Translations under genes and position numbers: made by a program
Shown: piece by piece, positions 18,101 to 27,048 of the stretch
How positions within the stretch are numbered: position 1 is the first letter of the stretch
Layout: the number at the start of each line of letters is the position of its first letter
The notes under the pieces: generated by a model
Seen by the model: the letters and a program-made list of their open reading frames with translations, nothing else
What the model was told of the DNA's origin: nothing
The model's database searches: none
DNA from: a virus
Lineage: Duplodnaviria; Caudoviricetes
Length of the DNA stretch: 41,484 bases
IMG/VR virus record: IMGVR_UViG_3300010354_000194
Span: 1-41,484 of that record
Strand: one strand, 5' to 3'

Positions 18101-21100
18101 AGTCTTCGCCGCGGTTGATGATGCCGCGGCCCGGAGCGTCCGTAGCCGTGGTGATCTTGTCGTATACCGGGTGGATGCGCCCGCGTACCTCGATCTCTCC
18201 TACCTTCTCCCCGACCCGCAGCACCCCGCGAGTCGTCGGACGCAGGCGAGGTTCGCTCTTCTTGTCCTCGTATCGAGCCATCTCGACGGGCGTATCGAAC
18301 TGCGAGTTGAGCGTGTAGAGGTGGTCCTTGCCCATCTCGACACTGACCAGAGTGCTGGTCTGAACCGGAGCCTCGCCGACCCACTTCCAGCCGGCCGACT
18401 GCTTGAACAGATTGGTGCGGATTTTCCGGCCGCTGGTCGGAGCTTCGACCTGAGTATCCGATGCCCGGAGACTCGGCTTTCCTGAGCTGACGTCGATCGA
18501 GCCAGACGAGTAGACGCGCCCGGTCACGTCCTCGCCGGACGCGACGTCGAAGTACTTTCCGCCCTTGGTGTATTCCTGAATGTCGAACCGCTTGAAGAAG
18601 CCCGGAGCGTCGACCTTCTTGCTTTGACGGTCGCCCTCCTCGCCGGTCCCGGTGAACCGTTCCGGGATCGGCAGCACGTCGGGTCGCAGATTCTCCGACA
18701 CGCGTCCGTAGTCGGCGCGGAAGGCCGAATCCAGCACCTTCATCTGGTTGACGCGATCGATTCGCCGCGACTGCACGACGCCGATCTTGCGGCCCTGCGT
18801 GTCGCTCATGCCCTGCAGCACCGGGTTGCGCTCCTTCTGCACGTTGGTGAGCTGGCCGAACAACGCGTTCAGCGCATCACGCTTCTCCAGACCCAGCCCC
18901 TCGGCGCCCTCGCGGCCGGCGACCGTGTTGTCGATGTACTTGAGCAGGTCGGCCCGCGCCGCCCGCACGTCGCCACCCCACGCCTCGAGCATTCCCTTGC
19001 GGGAAAAGAACTCGAGGTTCCGCAGCACCTTCTCCTGCGAGAGGGTGTTGATGAGGACGCCGCCCGTCTTGGAAATCAGGATACTGATCGGGGTCTCGAC
19101 CCGGTTTGTCACCGCCCGCTGCTTGTACAGGCGGCTGCCTCGCGTCATCGCGGGCTGATAGACGAAGTGAACCTCGTTGCCGGGCCGCTTGCCCAGCAGG
19201 TCGGTCACCATCGCCAGTGTCTCGAGCTGGCGCGGGTTGTACTTGTTGCGCGACTGCAGGGTCTCCAGCACGTCGGCGGGGATGTACTTGCCGCTGTAGA
19301 TCGTGCGGCCGTCCTTGGTCGTCACCGCCCGCACGCGCCCGGGCGACAGGTCCGGCGAGGCGTCGAGGGCCTGAATCAGGTCGTCGACGAACTCCTGCTC
19401 CCGCTTCTTCGCTTCACGGGCGGAGAGGAACTTGCGCTTGCCCGTCTTCGGATCGACGTCGACGTCGAAGCCAGACGACACGAGGTCGAGGAGCTCGGGG
19501 TTCGAGGCGATCTCCTGCTCCGAGTAGATCGTCGGGGTCTCGGAGAACGACTCCACCTGACCGCCGCGTTCCGACAGCGTCATGCGGTCGTATTCCCCGA
19601 TGATCTGGTTCACCGCGGACCGGAGCTCCGGGCTCATGTCGGCGCTGAACAGTCCGGTGCCCTTGGCGTGCTGCCCGCCGTCGGTGAAGACCGCACCCGT
19701 TGCCATCAGCGCCCGCTGCAGGACGCCGGAATTCATCACCATCTCGGAGCGGGCGAACTGCTCCATCGCCTGAGCGATCGGGCGGGCGTTGCGCCGCAGG
19801 GCGGCGATGCCTGCGAACTCGCCGGAAGCGTTGGTCGCGAGCAGCGAGGAGACGCCGGCCTCGGCGATCACCTCGTGCAGGATCAGCTCGGGGTTGGCCT
19901 CGTACGCGGCCGTGTCCTTGCCGGCCCGGCGCAGGGCGGAAAGGTACTCGTCCCGGAACGTCTGGAACTCGGGCTTCGGCTGCAGCGTGCCGTCCCGCAT
20001 CTCGGTCAGGAACCCCGGAGTCCCGGTCTTCTCGTCGCCGAGGAACCGGCGCTTCAGGTCGGACGCGATGTCGGGGTTCCGGGCGATGTGGTGCGAGACC
20101 TCGTGCGCCAGCAGGGGGACCAGCGGGATCTTCGAGTCGAGGTCGATCGTGGCCTCGCCGGTGCCGTCCGGGTTGACGCGGTAGGATCCGCCCGAGCCCT
20201 TCTGGCGGACGAAATTGACCACGAGGTTCGGGTTGGTCGCCTCGAAGGTGGACGCGGCGAGCTGCAGGTTGCGCGGAGCCGCGTCGAAGAGTTGCTGCTG
20301 CAGCCCGGTGCGGCGGGAGCGGGCGTCGGCGATGTCGCCGAGCTGACGGGCCCGGACCATCCCCGGGTCGCGCTCCATGCGGATCGTGCGAAGGCCGCCG
20401 CCGAAAAATCCGCCGACGAGACCTTCGCCGGCGCCCTCGGCCGAGTCGCCCTGAAGGAGTCCGAACACGCCGCCGACCGCGGCGCCCTTAACCGCGCCGT
20501 CGATCCCCTCGGCCGCGCCGCGCCCGAGGCGGGCGACGAACTCGACGCGGTTGGCGTTCTGCGCGGCGAAGCGGGTCCAGCCGTCCGTCTCCTTGGCGAG
20601 GCGCTGGAAGTAAGGCGTGGACGACTCCATCGTCCGCATGAGCCGGCCGGCGGCCGATACGTTTTCGCCGAGGTCGTTGAACCAGCCGGCGGTGCGCTCG
20701 ACCACCGAGGGCGAGACTCCAGCCACGCGCTCGAACACCTCGTCGCCGGCCTGCACGGCCTCGCCGCTGGTGCCGAGGGCGCCGGCCCGCTTGTTGCGCA
20801 GCCAGTCGACGCCGCGCTGCACCCGGTCGGCGGCTCCGCTCAACACGTCGCCGGCCGTCTCCACCGCTCCGGCTGCGAGCTGCTGCGTGATCGGCCGCTT
20901 CGCCAATTCCAGCGCCGCATCGTCGGCCCGGCGGACGAACTCGGACTGCATCCGCTCGATCTGCGTGCGCAGTTCGGAAATCTTGCTCGCGTTGTCGGCC
21001 AGCGCCTTCGTCTTCGTCAGCGACTCTTCCGTCGCCTCGATCAGGACGCGCTCCTTCTGCAGGACGGCCATACGCTTGGCCGAATTCATCAGGGCCCCGA

Positions 21101-21968
21101 AGTTCGGCATTTTGTTGCCCGCGGTCTCGGCGGCCACGCGGTACAGGGTCTCGGGGATCGAGCCAGCGTAGGCCCGGGTGCTGTTGATGAGTTCGGCGAC
21201 CTTCTCGGCGCCGACGCTTGTGGCCGCACGCTCGGCCGCCATTGCAGAACGGGTGGCGACCTTGGCGCCCAGCTTGGCGCCGGCCGCGGCTCCCGCGGTG
21301 AAGGCAACGTCGAGCACCTCGGCTGCGCCGCCGGCCGCCCTAAGCATCGTTTCACGCTCCGAGGGCGCGTAGGCGGTGTTCAGGTCGAGGCCCCCGACGA
21401 AATTGTCGGCGATCAACAGTGCGTCGTCTATGACGCCCTGCACGTCGCGCACGGAGCGGTCGTTCGCCTGCCGCACCGCGTAGACTTTGCGCCGGTTTTC
21501 CGGGGTATCCTGATACCCGACCGCCAGCTTGGTGCCGACCTCCTTGAACGCACCCTTCACCGTCTCGCCCATCATCGCGTACGAGCCGCCAATGGCCGCT
21601 GCCGCCTGAGTCGTAAACGCCACCTGCCGGCGCAGCGCCTTTTTCAGTTCTTCGCCGTCGGCCGAGATCGCCGCGCCAGCACCCGACAGGACGTTTTGTC
21701 CGGTGAGCTTACCGGCCATACCGACCTGCGAGACTAGATCGACGGCGGCGTCACCCATGCGGGAGAGGAACCCCGGGCCTCCGGCGGCCTCGTCCGCCTC
21801 CTTGGCGAGGATGTACGCGTCGAGGTTCTCCGGCGCCAACAAGTCGACGGCGACCGGCTCCGGTCCGGCCATCTCTGGCATCAGCCGAGCCAACTCTTCG
21901 TCCGAGACCGGGATAGGGTCAGGGCCGGGCGTTTCCTTGAGCTGGCTGGGACTGGCGAGAGGATTCAT
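15138..21968 (-). CDS. Giant polyvalent (probably virion-ejected) protein: zincin, unknown, HDxxGH, ART-like and HhH-GPD-like modules
   Basis: 2276 aa; last of the internal-virion genes; HEVSH plus HEVIAE; HDYFGH; FKNWFG..VFHGS..YVAFDPSQIKSA; WY..SPNTSVEQN..TIDVW..QAIMW. Confidence 0.85.
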   Translation of the reverse strand: MNPLASPSQLKETPGPDPIPVSDEELARLMPEMAGPEPVAVDLLAPENLDAYILAKEADEAAGGPGFLSRMGDAAVDLVSQVGMAGKLTGQNVLSGAGAAISADGEELKKALRRQVAFTTQAAAAIGGSYAMMGETVKGAFKEVGTKLAVGYQDTPENRRKVYAVRQANDRSVRDVQGVIDDALLIADNFVGGLDLNTAYAPSERETMLRAAGGAAEVLDVAFTAGAAAGAKLGAKVATRSAMAAERAATSVGAEKVAELINSTRAYAGSIPETLYRVAAETAGNKMPNFGALMNSAKRMAVLQKERVLIEATEESLTKTKALADNASKISELRTQIERMQSEFVRRADDAALELAKRPITQQLAAGAVETAGDVLSGAADRVQRGVDWLRNKRAGALGTSGEAVQAGDEVFERVAGVSPSVVERTAGWFNDLGENVSAAGRLMRTMESSTPYFQRLAKETDGWTRFAAQNANRVEFVARLGRGAAEGIDGAVKGAAVGGVFGLLQGDSAEGAGEGLVGGFFGGGLRTIRMERDPGMVRARQLGDIADARSRRTGLQQQLFDAAPRNLQLAASTFEATNPNLVVNFVRQKGSGGSYRVNPDGTGEATIDLDSKIPLVPLLAHEVSHHIARNPDIASDLKRRFLGDEKTGTPGFLTEMRDGTLQPKPEFQTFRDEYLSALRRAGKDTAAYEANPELILHEVIAEAGVSSLLATNASGEFAGIAALRRNARPIAQAMEQFARSEMVMNSGVLQRALMATGAVFTDGGQHAKGTGLFSADMSPELRSAVNQIIGEYDRMTLSERGGQVESFSETPTIYSEQEIASNPELLDLVSSGFDVDVDPKTGKRKFLSAREAKKREQEFVDDLIQALDASPDLSPGRVRAVTTKDGRTIYSGKYIPADVLETLQSRNKYNPRQLETLAMVTDLLGKRPGNEVHFVYQPAMTRGSRLYKQRAVTNRVETPISILISKTGGVLINTLSQEKVLRNLEFFSRKGMLEAWGGDVRAARADLLKYIDNTVAGREGAEGLGLEKRDALNALFGQLTNVQKERNPVLQGMSDTQGRKIGVVQSRRIDRVNQMKVLDSAFRADYGRVSENLRPDVLPIPERFTGTGEEGDRQSKKVDAPGFFKRFDIQEYTKGGKYFDVASGEDVTGRVYSSGSIDVSSGKPSLRASDTQVEAPTSGRKIRTNLFKQSAGWKWVGEAPVQTSTLVSVEMGKDHLYTLNSQFDTPVEMARYEDKKSEPRLRPTTRGVLRVGEKVGEIEVRGRIHPVYDKITTATDAPGRGIINRGEDSLQFRPEANDETTRIAAEYVRNAFGREYEPHTVYDEAPEARLKEIADYFQNVAKHQPDAPDVLRSYRAMADETIEQYRAMIAAGIKPEPYKGKGEPYASSEEMMRDVRENKHLYFLRTDNAFGQGTQDIANPLLEKSGLKIGDFELLVNDVFRVVHDYFGHTQQGLQFGPRGEFNAWKSHSRMYSEGAQGAVAAETLAQNAWVNFGAHLRRADGSIPKKGEEGYVPPQERPFGEQKNFLVPQELMQFRPEQIETPEFKNWFGDWEADPEGASKVVGAYGLPKVVFHGSPKEFTVFDPSKAKYAKWGAIGSWFAEDPSYANKFRASFDENGNKTIGPLFETYLNIREPAVYEGTKGFEQLLKDYETYTGVKTYNATPESNREFVDYLKKVGFDGIIIKDNLADSALNPDPQTFYVAFDPSQIKSATDNAGTFDPENPDIRYRPEEKSRPIGEVGEQKFTVTSKKGGAVTMTVAERYADQMVHAEALPLEFSVNSKGVVKTDDKGPKVATREYNFYESPVVAALNIDPDVLQSLKTKLNTTTLGKVKAGYVQSALTADEQAALTSMVNAYSDRAIADFRRYAADPDVKAAAGWYSDIAEFFKQLIPDQNDRTKFLEFLGGTSPNTSVEQNFLYALDLFNRWKKGELDGLLNNYRRVLNEFDANVGEYAELKPVLLKSGKQAIKDGQPLSEWVFKPGAEEQFRKDYFDAMVADGVPRAEARRESRAAFNEEMFWVLFNLRNGVKLERAGEGGGKYGVHTDRILQILDGVWREQTDAPKAPNFTENLAGLSTRATIDVWAARWLRRLGHDGLSAVWRILPMAEQGVSNSDFFLGQEIFAETTKRINEQFADTLGRTIGADDLQAIMWFAEKREWRRRGWANIEDLGDFRQYAYALKPQADGTFVLNGVTLNSTSINFLKTLSGVVVEGATLKSRDTAMLKQMREARDAQISQAMKEENLSPTAMAAAERKYLAAQAVRGQKVSTKDYREQP

Positions 21969-23421
21969 CTGGAATCTTGAAGGTCTTGCCCGTCTCGTCC
22001 CTCACGAGAACCATCCCGTCAGGAGTCGTTCCGAGCTTGGTGTAGCTTTTACCCTTATAGCTCAGGCTGTTGGTGGGTGTCGAGGGACCGTCGGGCGAGA
22101 TGCGCCGGCTGCGGATGGAATCGCGGCTCCAGTAGCGCGCATCGACGTCAAGGCCGTTCTGCCGCGCCGTGGTCGCCATTTTGTTGAAGAGCGCCTCACG
22201 CGAGGCCCGGTAGCCGGCCTTGGCGCGGTTGCGGAAGAACGGAACCAACACCGACGCGTCAGTTGGATCCTGCGCAAACTTTTCGAGGATCTTCCACTCT
22301 GCCTCAGTGACGGCGCCCGGGCCGACAATCGCGAGACGATTGGTAGCTTGTATCAGCTTGGCCAGCACACCAGCGCGGCCGGAAAGTTCGGGGTCGGCGA
22401 TCTTCTTCGGGTCGGCGGCAATCTGATTGGCAACGTCCTCGAGCTCGTAGATGAGCCCCATCGAAGTCTCCGTAGCCGCGGACTCCTCGCCGATCTTGGC
22501 AGCGACGACACCGCTGCGGGCCTTGCCGGCAAAACCGGGCACCGTGAGGGCGTTTTGTTCGTCGCGGAACTTCTGTTCCTGCATCCTCTGGTCCTCAAGG
22601 TCGCGCTTGTCCTTCTCGCGCTTGCGCGTGAACTCGGCCGCAGCCTGCACGGCCTTGTAGTACTCGCCGGAAAAATTGGATCCGGGCACGCCCATGACCG
22701 TCTGCACGTCGGCGTCCTGCTGAACTGCTTCGATTTTCGCCATGTCGCCGGTGGCCCGAGCGGCGTTCAGCTTCGCCATCGCCCGCGCCTCGACTTGCGG
22801 GTCGGCCTGCCCTGTAGGCAGGAAAAAGCTCATTGGAGCGCCACCCATAGGGTTGGGGCGCGTCACCAAGCGCAGAGCCTGCCCCGGAAACTTCATGCGG
22901 GCGTCCGCCTCGGTCGTGGCGTACTGCGCCGTGCTGATGTACTCTTGCAGCTTACTTTTCTCGTTGGCGTCCACCAAAGCCAAAGTGCTCTGCATCTGCT
23001 TCTGCAGGATCGCAGCCACCTTGGGGTCCTTGTTGAAACGGGCCGCTTGGCTCTCGAGCTGCGCGATTAGTCGGCGCTGCTGAAAAGGGTCCGTCATGTT
23101 CTGCACGCTCGCCAGCGCCGCATCAATGTCCGGCGCAACCCGGTTGTACTCTGACCGGATGTCGGCCAGCTCCTTTGCAACGCGTTCGTCTTCGCGAAAC
23201 TGAATCTCGCGAATACCGATTTCGGCACGGAGCGCCTGCTGATTCAGGTCGCTGGTCGCAATATCGGCGGCGTGCTTTTCCTGCCGCATCATAAAATCCT
23301 GCTCGGCGAATCGGCGGCGCTGGGCCCGCTCCATGAGCGAAGACGCGGCTTCAGCCGACTGAATCCCGAAGGTAGGAAGGGCGAGGCCGGCGTTGCCGGC
23401 TTGGAATTCGGCGAATGGCAT
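21919..23421 (-). CDS. Internal virion/ejection protein
   Basis: 500 aa helical, Q/A/E/K-rich; GPGAVTEAE motif; podoviral position. Confidence 0.6.
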   Translation of the reverse strand: MPFAEFQAGNAGLALPTFGIQSAEAASSLMERAQRRRFAEQDFMMRQEKHAADIATSDLNQQALRAEIGIREIQFREDERVAKELADIRSEYNRVAPDIDAALASVQNMTDPFQQRRLIAQLESQAARFNKDPKVAAILQKQMQSTLALVDANEKSKLQEYISTAQYATTEADARMKFPGQALRLVTRPNPMGGAPMSFFLPTGQADPQVEARAMAKLNAARATGDMAKIEAVQQDADVQTVMGVPGSNFSGEYYKAVQAAAEFTRKREKDKRDLEDQRMQEQKFRDEQNALTVPGFAGKARSGVVAAKIGEESAATETSMGLIYELEDVANQIAADPKKIADPELSGRAGVLAKLIQATNRLAIVGPGAVTEAEWKILEKFAQDPTDASVLVPFFRNRAKAGYRASREALFNKMATTARQNGLDVDARYWSRDSIRSRRISPDGPSTPTNSLSYKGKSYTKLGTTPDGMVLVRDETGKTFKIPDESSRQSQPAQGNARP

Positions 23422-23426
23422 GGTGA

Positions 23427-24200
23427 TTAGCCGTCGACAGTGTACGCAGTCATCGTGTTACCCCGAGCGTCGGGGCGCCTGAGAACTCGGCTTTGCGGCC
23501 GCTGGCTTTCCATCATCGCGTTCCCAGCGAAGTTGCTGGCGTTCATAAACGCGCCGGCCATCATCATGTTGTTGTAGTTGCTCGCGGCGGCGTTGGCGTT
23601 GTAGCCGGCTTGCTGGGTGTTGTACGCCATCTGGTTGTTCTGAGTCTGCACGCTAATCGCCGCGTTCGGGTCGACCATCATAGCCATTGGCGACATTGGG
23701 TTCACCCGTGGAGTCATACCGAACACCGTCGACAGCGTATTGAGCGCACGGGTGCGGCTGGCGTTCTTCCAGTCCATCAAGTTGAACCCAAAATCCTTGA
23801 CGAGATTGAAGCCGTTGAAGTTTCCGCTCGTGCCGCGGGTAACGCCCTTTTCCGCGGCGTAGCGGGCGATCTGCTGTTGGACCTCGGCAGGCAGGCTGTT
23901 TTGATTTGCGAGGTCCTCGTTGATCTGCGCCATCAGGCGCTTCTGCGTGGCACCAAACCCCGGCATCGCGGACTCAAGCAGGCGCGTGGCCTCGCTCTGG
24001 TTGAACGAATTCGTCTGCGACGCCACGTCCTGAGCGCCGGCCATGTTCTGCAGGTTGCCCGTGATGGTCTGCTTCTGGACTGCGGCGGGATCGACCGGCG
24101 TGTACGACGCCTGTTGCGGCGCCTTCTGTTTGCCGAGCACCGAGCCGAGGATTTGCCCTCCGGCCTGCACTAGCATCGCGGTGGTGAAGGGGTCCATCAT
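23427..24200 (-). CDS. Internal virion (pilot-like) protein
   Basis: MDPFTTAMLVQAGGQILGSVLG N-terminus; Q/N/A/M-rich. Confidence 0.6.
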   Translation of the reverse strand: MMDPFTTAMLVQAGGQILGSVLGKQKAPQQASYTPVDPAAVQKQTITGNLQNMAGAQDVASQTNSFNQSEATRLLESAMPGFGATQKRLMAQINEDLANQNSLPAEVQQQIARYAAEKGVTRGTSGNFNGFNLVKDFGFNLMDWKNASRTRALNTLSTVFGMTPRVNPMSPMAMMVDPNAAISVQTQNNQMAYNTQQAGYNANAAASNYNNMMMAGAFMNASNFAGNAMMESQRPQSRVLRRPDARGNTMTAYTVDG

Positions 24201-24201
24201 G

Positions 24202-25038
24202 TTAGAAGTCCTTCCGCAGGAAGATCAGCGCCTTGTACGGTGGGATGATCTTGAACGTCCCGCTGTCGATCGCAGTGGGCGTGTTGTTGCGGTTAGGCGT
24301 CGAAACGATCTCTTTGTCGTCGATCGTGATCGCACCGATCGCGGGAGATTCGCGGCTTCCGCCTTGCGCCGCGGTTCCCTTGGCGCTCCATGCGATGCTG
24401 GCCCGACCGCCCTCCGTGCCGGCGCCGTAGTCAGTCGAGGCGCCGATCGGAAACTTCCCGGCGATCGAGCTGAAGACCGACCAGCCGGGGTTTTTGGCCA
24501 GCGCGTCGTCCTCGTCGGTCGCGTCGACCATCTTGATGTCGCCGATAGCGCCGTCGAGAGTCGTCCAGCCCTGCGTCGTGTAGCGCAGCAGGCGCGCGAT
24601 GTCGGTGTCGAGGTAGAGGTAGTTGACCGGAACGTCTTTTGGACGGTCGGCCGTGGACCCCGACGGGAAAGTGTTGGTCGTCCACTGCGAGCCGTCGTAG
24701 ATCTGCAGGCCGGACTGGGCGTCGTAGAATAGTTCGCCCTTCTTTGCTCCGGCGGGCTTCGCGTCACCGGACTCGACGACCAGCGGGACGGCGACCCATT
24801 CGCCGCTGGTGAAAACGAACATCCCGATCGGGCGCAGGTTGGCGGGATCCAGCTTCAGCCACGCCTTGTCGCGATCGGCCGCGACCGGAGTCGTGGTGCT
24901 GCGGATGACGCCGGTCAGATTCTGGAGGCCGGAGACCTGCAGGTACGCCGCGACGAAATTGAGCAACGCCTGAGCCGACGCCGGAGGAAACGGCGCGTCG
25001 ACCGGGGCGGTTGCGGGCTGGATCGCTAGGTTAGGCAT
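24202..25038 (-). CDS. Tail-associated protein (fibre/collar-like)
   Basis: GELFYD..LQIYDGSQW and GKFPIGA motifs; follows the tail tube gene. Confidence 0.55.
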   Translation of the reverse strand: MPNLAIQPATAPVDAPFPPASAQALLNFVAAYLQVSGLQNLTGVIRSTTTPVAADRDKAWLKLDPANLRPIGMFVFTSGEWVAVPLVVESGDAKPAGAKKGELFYDAQSGLQIYDGSQWTTNTFPSGSTADRPKDVPVNYLYLDTDIARLLRYTTQGWTTLDGAIGDIKMVDATDEDDALAKNPGWSVFSSIAGKFPIGASTDYGAGTEGGRASIAWSAKGTAAQGGSRESPAIGAITIDDKEIVSTPNRNNTPTAIDSGTFKIIPPYKALIFLRKDF

Positions 25039-25063
25039 GGGACGCGGTGGTACTTGTAGCTGG

Positions 25064-27046
25064 TTAGTTGATTCCCGCCAAGGGGGAGACGGGGTGGGTG
25101 TGCCAAAACGCCGGAGACACGGCCCACGTCGGAACGGTCACCACGTCAGTCTGGTGCGCCGCTGGCAGGTTGTCGGCGTACGGGTTTAGCAAGGAGACGC
25201 GCTCCTGAAAGAGCTGGAGGTAGTCGAGTCGAGCGAATCCCTCCCACTCAACACGAACCTGAAACCCGGTGGCGCAGGAGATCAGGCGGCCCGTGGTCGG
25301 GTCGACGTGCTCGACAGGCGTCCGGGTCGACAGGAGGCTGCGGTGCTGCGGCACCACGCGGCCCCAAGCCTGCGTGGGCGGGGCATCGACAGTAAACTCG
25401 TCCCACCGAACCCAGTACGGATACTTGTCCGGCTTGAAGTACAACCGGACGACCAGACCTCCGCGGATGTCCGAGAACTGGACGTCGCAGCGTCGCAGAT
25501 TTTTTAGGACTCCGGGCGAGTCTCCAAACAGCATCCGGGTCTCCACAACTTGCGTCGGCTCGTCGCCAGCCTGCTCAGAGGTTTCGCGCAAGACCTCCCA
25601 AAGACCGTTGGAACCGCTGACGTCGCGCCCGAGAACGAAGCATCGTTCGGTTCCCGAGACCGTTCCGGTGAACATTTGCGCTACAATCACGCCGTCCCAT
25701 TCGCCGTCGTAGCACGGCGGGCTCTTCTGGCCGCGGCCGGAGATCGAGTCGAAATTAAACGCGATGATGCCCTGATTGAGCGAGCGCGGTCCGTAGATGA
25801 ACGGCGAGTGGGTGCAGAGAACCCGGTTGTCGAAATACACCACGCTGGCGTCCTCCAACAGGAACGGAGTGTCGTAATCAAATCGGTGCCGCACCTCGAC
25901 CGAGAGCGGTGCGAGTCCCGGCGCACTGTAATCAGCAGTCGAGGTGCGGACAGAACGGAGCCCGTCACTGCTCCGAAAGTACAGGTCTTGGTTGACCGGG
26001 ACGACGGCGTTGCCGCCGGCAATTCCGCGGGTCGGCAGCAGGATGGTCTGAAACCCGACCTCGCTCCACAAATCGCGCTGTGTGATCTGCGTCTTCAAGG
26101 TGAAGACGGCGTTTTCGCAGCCGACAATCAGCGCCCCCTGTCCGCTTCCGGTGTCGACCACTGGAAGGACAGCAAGCGCCTTTACCGGCGAAGGGAACGC
26201 AAAGTCGCCGCCTCCGATGAGGTTGTTGGTCTCTGTAAACTTGAGCTCGCTTTGATGCTCCGTCTGTCGGATGTCGCCCAGACGAACGTCGTTGCCGGAG
26301 TTGACGACGACGGCCAGTCGTCCGTTTCCGTACGCCATCGCCGTACCGACGGGAACCTCATCCGTGGCGGAACGGCGGATGGTGGCACCGTCGTAGATGA
26401 TTGGCTTTGACTGGCCGTCTTGCATAACGACCGACCCGACGGTTTCGCAGAACCAAACTCGAGGCTGCGTTGGCGAGTTGGCTAGCGGATCCGTTCCGCT
26501 GGCGTAGATGCTGCCGGGCTCGTTGTACTGCGCGATCACCGTCGTGAGCTCAAGCAGGCCGATTCTCCCGTCTTGGTCAGTATCGGCCGGATGATACGTT
26601 GAAATGACGCCCGGGCCCGGCGCAAATAGGTCGGGTGTCGTCGGGTCGCTGTGGTATTCGCCGGTCCTGACGTTGCTCGGGTTGCTATAATTGTACAGCT
26701 CCTGCACACGGGCGAGGTACTCGGCCGTGATCGGATTGGACGGGGTCGTCGGCAAGGCGAGATCCGTCACGCTCCACGTCGTCGGGTCGACCTCGTGCAG
26801 GCGGCCAGACAGCGAGACAAGGATCTTGCCGTTGGCCCGGAAAACAGTCGCGCCTTGCATCAGGCCGGACGGAAGCGTGGCCCGCTTCTTGATGCGCGGA
26901 CGAGAACGAACGCGCCCGCCACGCGTCGAGAGGTTGCGGAGCAGGTGCGCCTGCTGCTCACCGAGCAGCTCGGGTTCGCGACCGCGGTTCATGCCGTCGG
27001 CCACGGTTGCCTGCGTGTCAGCCAGCCATCCTTCGACGCTCGGCAT
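25064..27046 (-). CDS. Tail tubular protein B / nozzle-like protein with an inserted EF-hand-like segment
   Basis: 660 aa beta-rich; LLRNL..RGG...SRP start, DLYFRSSDGLRS, PLSVEV; insert contains DTDQDGRIGLLE. Confidence 0.65.
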   Translation of the reverse strand: MPSVEGWLADTQATVADGMNRGREPELLGEQQAHLLRNLSTRGGRVRSRPRIKKRATLPSGLMQGATVFRANGKILVSLSGRLHEVDPTTWSVTDLALPTTPSNPITAEYLARVQELYNYSNPSNVRTGEYHSDPTTPDLFAPGPGVISTYHPADTDQDGRIGLLELTTVIAQYNEPGSIYASGTDPLANSPTQPRVWFCETVGSVVMQDGQSKPIIYDGATIRRSATDEVPVGTAMAYGNGRLAVVVNSGNDVRLGDIRQTEHQSELKFTETNNLIGGGDFAFPSPVKALAVLPVVDTGSGQGALIVGCENAVFTLKTQITQRDLWSEVGFQTILLPTRGIAGGNAVVPVNQDLYFRSSDGLRSVRTSTADYSAPGLAPLSVEVRHRFDYDTPFLLEDASVVYFDNRVLCTHSPFIYGPRSLNQGIIAFNFDSISGRGQKSPPCYDGEWDGVIVAQMFTGTVSGTERCFVLGRDVSGSNGLWEVLRETSEQAGDEPTQVVETRMLFGDSPGVLKNLRRCDVQFSDIRGGLVVRLYFKPDKYPYWVRWDEFTVDAPPTQAWGRVVPQHRSLLSTRTPVEHVDPTTGRLISCATGFQVRVEWEGFARLDYLQLFQERVSLLNPYADNLPAAHQTDVVTVPTWAVSPAFWHTHPVSPLAGIN

Positions 27047-27048
27047 GG

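Noticed and set aside
18624-21737. 1037-aa + strand ORF
   Set aside because: Antisense shadow of the giant gene caused by high-GC codon bias; no motifs
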